From a virus (lineage: Duplodnaviria > Caudoviricetes): a DNA stretch of 64,000 nucleotides. The stretch is taken from IMG/VR virus record IMGVR_UViG_3300037041_001101, positions 985 to 64,984 of that record; one strand, given 5' to 3'. Positions within the stretch are counted from its first letter, which is position 1. Each line of letters begins with the position of its first letter. This document shows, piece after piece, positions 18,246-26,600 of this stretch. The notes below the pieces were generated by a model that was not told the DNA's origin, made no database searches, and worked only from the letters and a program-made list of their open reading frames with translations. Made by a program: the position numbers and the translations under genes.

Positions 18246-18566
18246 TTATTCTCCTATATCGTGTGCTTGTTCTGCGTATTTTACACCTGCCCAATAACTT
18301 TCCGCGTTGGTTGCATCCTCGTCAGACCTAAACCCATGTGATATTTCTTTACCGCTTAAAGGTTTTTGCTCAGATTCAGGTTCTGCTCCATCAAGAAAGC
18401 CTTTTTTATACCCTTCTCGATATTTAGCGATTAATTCTTGCTCTGGTTCTGATCTTTTTACTATTTCTACTGCCATCTGTCTAATGATCTCTTTTAAACC
18501 TTTTTCTCCATACTCATCTAACTGTAGAGCAGCAAGTATTTCATTTACTTGTTGGTCTTTACTCAT
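18246..18566 (-). CDS. Modular hypothetical protein (EPEQE/QKPLS/AEQAHDIG)
   Basis: Same modules as the 6-8 kb array. Confidence 0.6.
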   Translation of the reverse strand: MSKDQQVNEILAALQLDEYGEKGLKEIIRQMAVEIVKRSEPEQELIAKYREGYKKGFLDGAEPESEQKPLSGKEISHGFRSDEDATNAESYWAGVKYAEQAHDIGE

Positions 18567-18751
18567 TGTCGTTCTCCTGCAAATTTTCTTTGTAAGATTT
18601 TGGAGCATACAACGTGACCGACCTTTGCGCCTTTGGCGATGTTGCACACTGGGCAGATGGACGTGTTACTCATACCGATGTTTTGCTTTGCTCTTTCTCT
18701 TGCGAGTTCGTTACCTTCCATTCGATACACGGTTTCACCGAACCTGTTCAT
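18563..18751 (-). CDS. Small Zn-finger-like protein
   Basis: CPVC..H..CSKILQ. Confidence 0.55.
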   Translation of the reverse strand: MNRFGETVYRMEGNELARERAKQNIGMSNTSICPVCNIAKGAKVGHVVCSKILQRKFAGERQ

Positions 18752-18769
18752 ATATTGCTCCTATGATCG

Positions 18770-19192
18770 TTATAGTGCGCTTAAGCGTTCTTTAAGTTCC
18801 TCAAGGTGACCATCCGCGACTTTGGCGAGGTGTGTAGCACCGTTGTACTCACTGATGATCTTAACAATGTGTGGTTTGAGTGTACGATCCTTGACGATCT
18901 TGGCCGAGCAGATCTCTTGCAGCTCAACACGTAAGTGTGCAGGGTCGTTGACTTCTTTCTTCAAGTCTGCGACAGTGAGCGGCTCGCAGGTTGGGATTGA
19001 AGTAGGAGTTTCTTTTGTTTGTTCAGTATTTTTCTTTGTTTCTTTTGTACTTGGTTGCGCTGTTGCTTTCAGGCTTTGTTCTACTTGCGACAGCTCAGGT
19101 TTTGGTGCGCTGTTATAGTTTAATAAAGTGATCGCAGTGGTGAGTTGTTGGATGCTTTCGTTTAAGGTTTTGATGCTTTCTTCTAGTGACAT
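18770..19192 (-). CDS. Hypothetical protein typically found near DUF2800 genes
   Basis: MSLEESI..L coil, low-complexity linker, helical C-terminus. Confidence 0.65.
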   Translation of the reverse strand: MSLEESIKTLNESIQQLTTAITLLNYNSAPKPELSQVEQSLKATAQPSTKETKKNTEQTKETPTSIPTCEPLTVADLKKEVNDPAHLRVELQEICSAKIVKDRTLKPHIVKIISEYNGATHLAKVADGHLEELKERLSAL

Positions 19193-19438
19193 TTTATTGT
19201 TTCCTTTTTGTTGATAGTGATTATAACGTGCTGATTTCTATCAGTTGTTCTAACAGATATTCGTCATTATAGGCATATAACGCTTCTGCAATGCAGTCTT
19301 CATATGTGTTTTTAAGCTCGATGTAATCGGCTTTTTTTGTTCGCTCTTTAGCAATGATGTTGATGGTTTTAACTCTTTGTTCAGGTGTCATTTTATGTTC
19401 CTTTTAAGTTTTGTTTAGGTTTCGTTTTAGTCGTGTTA

Positions 19439-19480
19439 AGCTTAGCTAAACATTGGGGTGAAGTCAAACTTTATTTTTCA
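19439..19480 (-). promoter_or_regulatory. Leftward sigma70 promoter, divergent from Cro
   Basis: AAAAATAAAG-TTGACT-N17-TAAGCT; shares GTCGTGTTAAG..CTAAACATTGG with the 16.7 kb promoter. Confidence 0.7.
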
Positions 19481-19591
19481 TCGGGTGTTAAAGGATCTGT
19501 TCATTGTTTTATTTTGTAATTTAATAGTTGTGATAAGTGGTTGTTATGTTAAGCTACACTTCACACTAAAGCAAGAGGAGTTTTAAAGAAG

Positions 19592-19810
19592 ATGTTAATA
19601 GAAGAAATTATAACGCATTTCGGATCACGGGCGAAGCTCGCCAGGTTGTTGGAAGTGGATCGTTCGGCCGTTACACAGTGGTGTAACGATAACGCGTTTC
19701 CTCCGAAAAGGGCGATACAGATCGAGGTGCTCAGTGAGGGGAAGTTTAAGGCAAAGGATATTATTATGGAGTGGTGGAAAGCGGGTGATCGTGATGACAC
19801 GAACGTATAA
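19592..19810 (+). CDS. Cro/YdaS-like HTH regulator
   Basis: HFGS..KLA..L.V..SAVTQW..PPKRA.QIE..S.G. Confidence 0.85.
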   Translation: MLIEEIITHFGSRAKLARLLEVDRSAVTQWCNDNAFPPKRAIQIEVLSEGKFKAKDIIMEWWKAGDRDDTNV

Positions 19811-22265
19811 GATTGCAGTTGGTCGAGCGGATAAGGGTGTCGTTGAGAACATAGAGAAGACGTGGGAGGAGTTGGTCAAGGGTTTTACCACACATAAAGT
19901 GTCTGCGAAGAAGGGTGGTTTGTTTTTCGTTGGGGGCAGTTTTAAGGGGACGAAAAGAATCGAGAATGAGCTTTTGTTCCGATCTTTGTTGACCTTGGAT
20001 ATCGATGATTCTGGCCTAGATTTAGGTGGGTTAACATTGGGGTTGCAATTAGGGTTAGATTGTGCATTCGTTGCCTATTCGACTTACTCTCATTCGGTTG
20101 AACAGGCGAAGATACGCGTTATCATCCCGTTGTCAAGCGATATATTAGCTAAGGATTACAGGGACTTAGCGTTGGACGTGTGTGTAGGGTTAGGTTTTAA
20201 GGTCGATCCGTGTTCGTTCAAAGCTAACCAGTTGATGTACATGCCGACCGCAGCAGATTTGGACGGGGTGTGGACTTTCGTTCAGGCGGGCGATCCGTAT
20301 TTCGTAACAGGAAGTGCTGTTGATGAGGACGGTTTTGCCGATCCTGCTGCCGATCTCTCTAACGATGGGGCTCAGGGGCTAATCGAGGCGCTGAGGGATC
20401 AGCCGTTGGATATTAGTGATGCGGAGGTGGATGCGTATTTAGACGCATATCCGGCTTTGGGTTTGTGTTATGAGGACTGGTTGAACGTGGGTTGCTCGTT
20501 GCATCACCAGTTTAGGGGGGAGGAGCCGGGGTTTAGTCGATGGTTTGAGTGGTCTTTGTTGGGTAACAGTGCGGAAGATGAGGGCGCTTTAAGGCGCAAA
20601 TGGGAAGGTTTGGGAGACAGGGATAAGGTGCGAACGTTTGCGTCGGTTAAATGGGCTGCTAAGGCCGCTGGTGTGAGTGTTTTGAGTGGGGGTTTGGCTG
20701 TTCGATCAGAATTGTTCGATGATTTGCTGGTAGAGGCTTCAAATATCGACGATATGGCCTCATATGGCGCGTTTAAGACGAAAATACTCGGAATGAATGC
20801 GATGGTACTGGGTAGCGATTTGCGTGGCATGTTGGCTTCTGAGTTGGCTAATTCGTTTGGCAGGGGTGTTGGGATAACACGGGCAGAGATTAAGAAGGCG
20901 TTAACACCAGTTAAGGGTGGTTCCTACCATAGGAATGATGGTTCGGACGATGGTGAAGGCGGGGGAGGTTTGCCCTCGTGGTTGCAGGGGTGGATCTACG
21001 TAGAGTCGCAGTTGTTGTTCTACCATGTGGGTTTGAACTACGGGATAAGGCGGGAGGCGTTTAACGCTAAGTACGACAGGGAAGATGAATGCGTCTCTGG
21101 GGGGATGCAGGCTTCTCATGTAGCACTTGTGATGTTTAAGATTGAAACGGTGGTCGATACGATTTATTGGGCTGGTGGCTCGCAAATACTTAGGTATGAG
21201 GGTAAGTCTATGTTGAATACTTATCGTCGCGTAGGGGTGCGTCCTTGTCCGAATTTGGTGGGTGATGTGGGGGGTTTGGAAGTTATTGATCTGATGCTCA
21301 AACATTTGGATCTGTTAATTGCCGATCGGAAAGAACAGTTGTTGCTGTTGCATTGGTTGGTGTTTATCTACCAGAACCCTGGTAAGAAGTTGAATTGGTC
21401 GATCGTGTTGCAGGGGTGTCCGGGATCGGGTAAGACTTATTTTGCAGATCTGATGAAGTTGTTGCTGGGGGATGGTGTGCGGTCACTTGGGGCAAGTTCG
21501 ATCGGTGGTCGGTTTAACGGTTGGGCAACAGGGTGCGTTTTAAATGTGGTCGAGGAGATACGGGTAGCAGGGTCGAATCGGTACGAGATTCTAGACATGA
21601 TTAAGCCGTTGATCTCGAACAATGTGATACAGATTGAAGAGAAAGGGAAAGATCACCGGACAGTGCCCAACTTTACGTCGTATTTGATGTTGACGAACCA
21701 TAAGGACGCGCTGCCTTTGGGGGACGAGGATCGACGATATTGTGTGTTGTTTTCTGACATACAGACGAAAGAGCAGTTGTACAAAGTGTGTGGCGGCAGT
21801 GAAGAAGCGTGTGGTGAGTATTTTGACATGTTGTTTGAGAAAACACGGGAACGCCCAGATGCGATAGCACGTTTTTTTACCGATTATGTTATCCCTGATT
21901 CGTTTAAACCTTTTGGACGTGCTCCAGTTACTGTCGCAAAAGAAGAGATGAGTGAATTGGCGATCAGTGGTCCTCGCCAGGTGTTGGAGGATTTGTTAGA
22001 CAAACATCGCTGCGGTTGCATCACGAAGGATTTTATTAATGTGACTTATTTGAATCAACTCTGTGAAGGTTTGGGTGATGAAGTTCCAAGGATGAAAGGG
22101 TTGTCTTCAATTTTGTTGGAGATGGGTTTTAGGCAGATTAAGGGGCGTTATTTCAGAACTTATAAACCGGAGAAAAAACACTATGTTTGGGTTAAGGAAG
22201 GTAAGAAGGACGAATGGGTGAAAGAGCAGATTAAGAAGTTTTTAAAAGAGGAGGACGAGATCTGA
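19794..22265 (+). CDS. Primase-helicase (prim-pol, PriCT-2, DUF5906/SF3 helicase)
   Basis: LTLDID, YSTYSH, YEDWLNVG.SLH, Walker A GCPGSGKT, VVEEI, TNHKDAL..DRRY. Confidence 0.88.
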   Translation: MTRTYKIAVGRADKGVVENIEKTWEELVKGFTTHKVSAKKGGLFFVGGSFKGTKRIENELLFRSLLTLDIDDSGLDLGGLTLGLQLGLDCAFVAYSTYSHSVEQAKIRVIIPLSSDILAKDYRDLALDVCVGLGFKVDPCSFKANQLMYMPTAADLDGVWTFVQAGDPYFVTGSAVDEDGFADPAADLSNDGAQGLIEALRDQPLDISDAEVDAYLDAYPALGLCYEDWLNVGCSLHHQFRGEEPGFSRWFEWSLLGNSAEDEGALRRKWEGLGDRDKVRTFASVKWAAKAAGVSVLSGGLAVRSELFDDLLVEASNIDDMASYGAFKTKILGMNAMVLGSDLRGMLASELANSFGRGVGITRAEIKKALTPVKGGSYHRNDGSDDGEGGGGLPSWLQGWIYVESQLLFYHVGLNYGIRREAFNAKYDREDECVSGGMQASHVALVMFKIETVVDTIYWAGGSQILRYEGKSMLNTYRRVGVRPCPNLVGDVGGLEVIDLMLKHLDLLIADRKEQLLLLHWLVFIYQNPGKKLNWSIVLQGCPGSGKTYFADLMKLLLGDGVRSLGASSIGGRFNGWATGCVLNVVEEIRVAGSNRYEILDMIKPLISNNVIQIEEKGKDHRTVPNFTSYLMLTNHKDALPLGDEDRRYCVLFSDIQTKEQLYKVCGGSEEACGEYFDMLFEKTRERPDAIARFFTDYVIPDSFKPFGRAPVTVAKEEMSELAISGPRQVLEDLLDKHRCGCITKDFINVTYLNQLCEGLGDEVPRMKGLSSILLEMGFRQIKGRYFRTYKPEKKHYVWVKEGKKDEWVKEQIKKFLKEEDEI

Positions 22266-22791
22266 GTTTGTAGCAGTTTGGGAGGTAAAAATATTCACCG
22301 CCCCAACGCCTTTTATTAACGCCTATAAAAAAATGGTTATGGGCGTTAATTAAGTTATTGATTTTTATTTATTTTATATACTATACCGCCTCAAAGACTC
22401 AATAAAATAGTAAAAAGTATATTGGGAAATAAAAATAAAAGTTTATATTATTTTTATATTTATCCTATACAAATTTTTTTTTTTTTGAGAGAGGGGTATA
22501 AAAAAATCTGGGGCGGTGTTTTTATGGACTGTAAAACCTGCTGAAGTCACGGACACCAAGGTGTAGAGTAACGCCTACATAAATTTTTATCAGGTACGAT
22601 AACGGTCTTGTTAGGGCGGTTTTTAAGTCACACGCCTCAAACATTTTAAATTTTAGTAAAACTTTATAGTAAAACTATAAATAAACTATCATAAAGATAT
22701 AAATAAAAGTATAGTAAAAGTATTGACAAACTATAATAAAAGTATTCTAATAATTTTTCTTATTTATTAAAACTATATAAAAGGTATAAAG

Positions 22792-23028
22792 ATGTCAAAA
22801 GATTTTGGGTGTCAAATAACTTTAACTCCAGTTATCTACAGTATTTTAAGAGAGAAAGCTAAATCAAAAAGATATTCAGCACGGGCTTATTTAGATGTTT
22901 TGTTACATGAAGTGTTCTCAGAAGAGTTTAAAAAAAGGGAACCTATTGGGGTATTAGAAGTGTCTTTAGAAGAACATATTAAAAATTTAAAAGACCCTGA
23001 TGATAATGAAGATCCTTTTAATTTTTAG
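22792..23028 (+). CDS. Small hypothetical (possible ribbon-helix-helix) protein
   Basis: SD AAGG; QITL..Y..LREKA. Confidence 0.5.
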   Translation: MSKDFGCQITLTPVIYSILREKAKSKRYSARAYLDVLLHEVFSEEFKKREPIGVLEVSLEEHIKNLKDPDDNEDPFNF

Positions 23029-23037
23029 GAGAAGTTT

Positions 23038-23505
23038 ATGCGTTATGGTGGTGGAAATACACATTTAGAACCGAAGCCAGAACCGGAAAATAATTACGAT
23101 CCGGAGACCGGTTTGTATCATTATCGAATGATTGGAGGTTTTTGTTGGACGAAAAGATGTCTCGGAACCAACCTAATAACTAAACAACAGTGTGGTTTTG
23201 TCGCATTAAAAAGCTCAAGAACGCAAAAATGTGTCCGTCATGGGGGTAATTCTGGACACAAAAAGAACCCTACTTTGGCAAAATCTTTGACAAAAACAGG
23301 TGAATTTACGCGCAAAAAGATCGCAGATAAGGTGCAAACCAATCTCGATTTACGACTAATGGCTGAGGTTTTAGCCGTCACTGGAGGGATAGAAAAGCCA
23401 AAATTTAAAGGTCAAAAACCTAAAAATTACGTGCGTATCACGAATTTAGAAGAGGCAAATAAGTTTCTTTTAGATAAAATGAGGCGGGATCAGGCGAAGG
23501 AATAA
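23038..23505 (+). CDS. HGGxSTG-like Zn-binding protein
   Basis: C..C..CVRHGGNSG; SD AGGAG. Confidence 0.6.
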   Translation: MRYGGGNTHLEPKPEPENNYDPETGLYHYRMIGGFCWTKRCLGTNLITKQQCGFVALKSSRTQKCVRHGGNSGHKKNPTLAKSLTKTGEFTRKKIADKVQTNLDLRLMAEVLAVTGGIEKPKFKGQKPKNYVRITNLEEANKFLLDKMRRDQAKE

Positions 23506-23545
23506 CGCAAAAACCCCTACTAATTCGAATTAATATGGGTTTTAT

Positions 23546-23760
23546 TTTGTCGCTAGGATCATAAGGTTTTTGTTGTGCCTATCGCTCATTGAATAAAAGA
23601 CATCTAATTAGACATCTATTTTGTCGCTAGGATCATGAGGTTTTAAAGTTTAACCTGCTTTAATGAATAGATAAATGTTACTAAGATCATGAGGTTTTAA
23701 AGTTTAACCTGCTTTAATGAATAGATAAATGTTGCTAAGATCATAAGGTTTTAAAGTTTA
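23546..23760. repeat. Tandem/dispersed repeat: 54-bp unit, core CTARGATCATRAGGTTTT x4
   Basis: GATCAT cores at 23557, 23631, 23685, 23739. Confidence 0.9.
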
Positions 23761-24137
23761 GACATGATATAGAAGACATGAGCGCCTATTTTTTTCACTT
23801 TCTTGCCTCGATCATGAGGTATTTTCTTTACGTTCCAGCTGTCAGCCGTGCCTATCGTGCTATGGGAGTTTAGAGACAGCCTGGCAAGCTGGTAAAAGAA
23901 CGGTTTTAGTTTCTCACTAGGCTCATGAGCTGTAACACCTCGGATCTTACATAGATGTTTATTAGAACGCTTTGCCCTATTGATGGACGCGTAGCCAATA
24001 GCGAGTTGACCTTCTTTAGATTCCCCGCGGGCTTCGCTGTATATAATACGCGCCAGGCATTGGGTTTTGTCGCTAGTCGCATGAGATATATTGGGTAGGA
24101 TTAACAAGGCGCTAGATAGCAGTATTTTTTTAATCAT
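23751..24137 (-). CDS. SleB-like cell wall hydrolase with signal peptide
   Basis: CLARIIYSEARGES.EGQLAI..NRA, IGAHVFY. Confidence 0.85.
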   Translation of the reverse strand: MIKKILLSSALLILPNISHATSDKTQCLARIIYSEARGESKEGQLAIGYASINRAKRSNKHLCKIRGVTAHEPSEKLKPFFYQLARLSLNSHSTIGTADSWNVKKIPHDRGKKVKKIGAHVFYIMSKL

Positions 24138-24161
24138 TAGATAACCTTAAATTTAAGACAC

Positions 24162-24197
24162 AAAAAAAGGGTAGCTCTTTTAAATTAAGCTACCCTT
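24162..24197 (-). terminator. Intrinsic terminator (minus strand)
   Basis: A7 plus AAGGGTAGCT..AGCTACCCTT. Confidence 0.65.
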
Positions 24198-24207
24198 AAG
24201 GCCTTAT

Positions 24208-24417
24208 TTATTTAACACGTTCCATTTTTTGGTAGCTATCTGTATCAGTTTCTAGCATGTTAACAGTGTAAAGGTTACCGTTAGTAATGATAAATAAGCC
24301 TTGTTTGGTATGCTGCAAGGTTACAATGTTTTTATCGATGGGATAGTAGCTACCCGCTAAAAATCCAGCTGATAAGATAGTTAAAGCGCCTATTGTTAAT
24401 TGTATTTTAGTTTTCAT
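24208..24417 (-). CDS. Small membrane-anchored hypothetical protein
   Basis: N-terminal hydrophobic segment. Confidence 0.55.
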   Translation of the reverse strand: MKTKIQLTIGALTILSAGFLAGSYYPIDKNIVTLQHTKQGLFIITNGNLYTVNMLETDTDSYQKMERVK

Positions 24418-24737
24418 TGTCTGTTATCCCTTGTATGAGGCGCTAAAACCACCACGGTTTTTCCAATTAAAAAAAGTTTTCGGTTTTCCTGTCTTGCTTT
24501 TATAACGGCAAGACAGGAAAGATTTTTTATAACCCATATATTGTGCTTTTAAAGCTTTGCGATTGAATGATTTTTTCATTTTATTTTATCCTTTTAAACT
24601 TTGGTTAACGCTATACGCGTATGATTTTTTCTTGAGTGTATCAAATAGCACTGTGAAAACAGTAAACTATCAAATTAAAACCAAATAATAGTTGTAAATT
24701 AGTTTACATAAAATTGTAAACTAATTTACATAAAACT

Positions 24738-25463
24738 TTAGCCAGTGACAACAAAACCGCTAGTATCTTTTTTTGCTTTGCCTTTGGCATATAACGCAAC
24801 AATACCCGCACCATCTAAAAATCTTAAGTCTGTCTTATCCCCGTCAATTGTTTTCATACCATCAAAAGTAGCTGGTATATTGGCCGCTTTATCAAATACG
24901 ACAGCAAAGCGCTTAAAGGTTAGATTTAATTTAGCGTGGTTATAAGTCTTTTTGAATGATTCCAAACCACTATAACTAAACGTCAAATCATAATTGCTAG
25001 GGATATTTTTACGCGTAGGGATTTTGGTGTAGTCGTAAAATTGCACGTCGGGAAACATTGCCATAATGTTAGCGTATTCTATACCGTCAAAAGTAAAGCT
25101 TTCATTTTCCCATGCAATGTCAGATGTTCCATTAAGTCTTACCACGGGGATTAATTCTAAACGATCCGCTCTTTTAATAAGACGTTTAACAGACATAAGA
25201 GTATTGTAAAAAAATGTTTCCCGTTCCTTAAAAAACATAACTGTTTTATTTAACCTTGCTGTTTGTACACTGTTAAAAGCGCCACGGCCCGCAGTGTTTA
25301 GGCATGCGTCATAGCACCCAGCTTTAATGGCAAATGGGCAAATGGTACGAAAACCGGCCAAATCAGCTGGCGCCAAATATAGGATACCAGTTAGATAACC
25401 AATTGATTGACCTTTGATAGTTTTAGCATCGGCAGATATAGATAACATGTTTTTATATGACAT
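24738..25463 (-). CDS. Gp88-like (GP88 family) protein
   Basis: ILYLAP, CPFA..GC..ACL.TAGRG, VRLNGTSD, FYDYTK, YDLTFS, DGD..DLRF. Confidence 0.75.
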   Translation of the reverse strand: MSYKNMLSISADAKTIKGQSIGYLTGILYLAPADLAGFRTICPFAIKAGCYDACLNTAGRGAFNSVQTARLNKTVMFFKERETFFYNTLMSVKRLIKRADRLELIPVVRLNGTSDIAWENESFTFDGIEYANIMAMFPDVQFYDYTKIPTRKNIPSNYDLTFSYSGLESFKKTYNHAKLNLTFKRFAVVFDKAANIPATFDGMKTIDGDKTDLRFLDGAGIVALYAKGKAKKDTSGFVVTG

Positions 25464-25625
25464 TTTAATAAACCTTGTCAGAGTAGCTGACTGTTAAGGC
25501 TGTTAATCGGGGATCGATTAACCTGGACACAGCTTATCATATGTTTAGTTATAATCAACACTTTATTTTAATCTGATAGCATTTATTTTATTGCCCTATC
25601 TATATAGTATAAATCTTGTTGTTGT

Positions 25626-25681
25626 CTCATCTCTTCCTGCTCATCTCTTCCTGCTCATCTCTTCCTGCTCATCTCTTCCTG
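25626..25681. repeat. Perfect 14-bp tandem repeat x4
   Basis: (CTCATCTCTTCCTG)4. Confidence 0.95.
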
Positions 25682-25735
25682 ATAACATAACGCTATGTTA
25701 TAACATCCAAGTAACGTTTATAATAAAGCTTTATA

Positions 25736-25843
25736 TATCAATCACTTAGATAAGCTTAAGGCTTAACGATAATGATTAGAGTAATAGCATTGTATTAGAT
25801 AATCTATTATCGTTTGACTAGCGCGATATCTAAGTCATTGATT
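25736..25843. promoter_or_regulatory. Two oppositely oriented IHF consensus sites
   Basis: TATCAATCACTTA (25736-25748) and reverse AATCAATGACTTA (25831-25843) match WATCAANNNNTTR. Confidence 0.6.
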
Positions 25844-26057
25844 TATATAGGATTTATGAATTTTTCGATATAGTATAGGACAAAAGAGTCAACCCCCATA
25901 CCCCCATTTTTAGGCAAAAGGTACCAGCCTTATTACATAGTAGTTTAGTCGTCCGATCTGCACTTTTTCAAACGAACCAAACAGTTACCACATTGAGCGT
26001 AATGTTATTCCACAGAACACCCCGTTACTAAAATAATACGCAATCAAAAAATATTTT

Positions 26058-26086
26058 TTGCAAAATTTTCAGAACCATGCTATAAC
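26058..26086 (+). promoter_or_regulatory. Late/terminase promoter
   Basis: TTGCAA-N17-TATAAC with extended TG. Confidence 0.6.
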
Positions 26087-26117
26087 ACCCCCACTATCTA
26101 CAGCCCTGTAGCGAGAC

Positions 26118-26600
26118 ATGAGAAAAATAATAGATATAACACCTAACAAAATTGTTGATTTTGAAACAGACGAAAACGATTTTAATTTCCTGTCTGACGA
26201 TGACTCACACTTTCCTATTAGAAAACCCCCTCAACAACGTCTCGAAGCTCTACTCAACGAATACGATTACGAAATGCCCAACAGCGCAAACAAAATGCGC
26301 CAGTACGTCTTAAACAAACTGTTTGAAACTGCTGAAGAGGGCGAACCCAACTTGTCTTTAAAAGCATTAGAGATACTCGGACGTGTTACCGAGATCGGTT
26401 TATTCACCACACGCATCGAAGTCTCTGTTGCCGATAAGCCGACGGCTGATCTAGAGAACGACCTCAGCGTCCTTTTAAAGAACTACGCTAAAAAAGATTC
26501 CGAACCCGTGCAAGAGATAACTGACGAAGAGTTACGCGGTTACTCTGAAGAGATTGAAGAAGGCGTGTACGAAGATTCTAGTGTGGACGAAGAAGAATGA
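26118..26600 (+). CDS. Putative terminase small subunit
   Basis: Directly upstream of and overlapping TerL (ATGA); LKALEILG..IGLF motif. Confidence 0.65.
   Translation: MRKIIDITPNKIVDFETDENDFNFLSDDDSHFPIRKPPQQRLEALLNEYDYEMPNSANKMRQYVLNKLFETAEEGEPNLSLKALEILGRVTEIGLFTTRIEVSVADKPTADLENDLSVLLKNYAKKDSEPVQEITDEELRGYSEEIEEGVYEDSSVDEEE

Noticed and set aside
19200-19810. Lysogeny switch (CI/Cro, integrase)
   Set aside because: Only a Cro-like gene; the divergent ORFs are not repressor-like and no integrase or partition genes were seen
14116-22486. Phase-variable homopolymer tracts (A-run at 14116, T-run at ~22474)
   Set aside because: Both intergenic; one is a terminator tail and the other lies in the AT-rich candidate origin
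23546-23760. CRISPR mini-array
   Set aside because: Two of the three inter-repeat segments are near-identical; it is a tandem duplication and no cas operon is present
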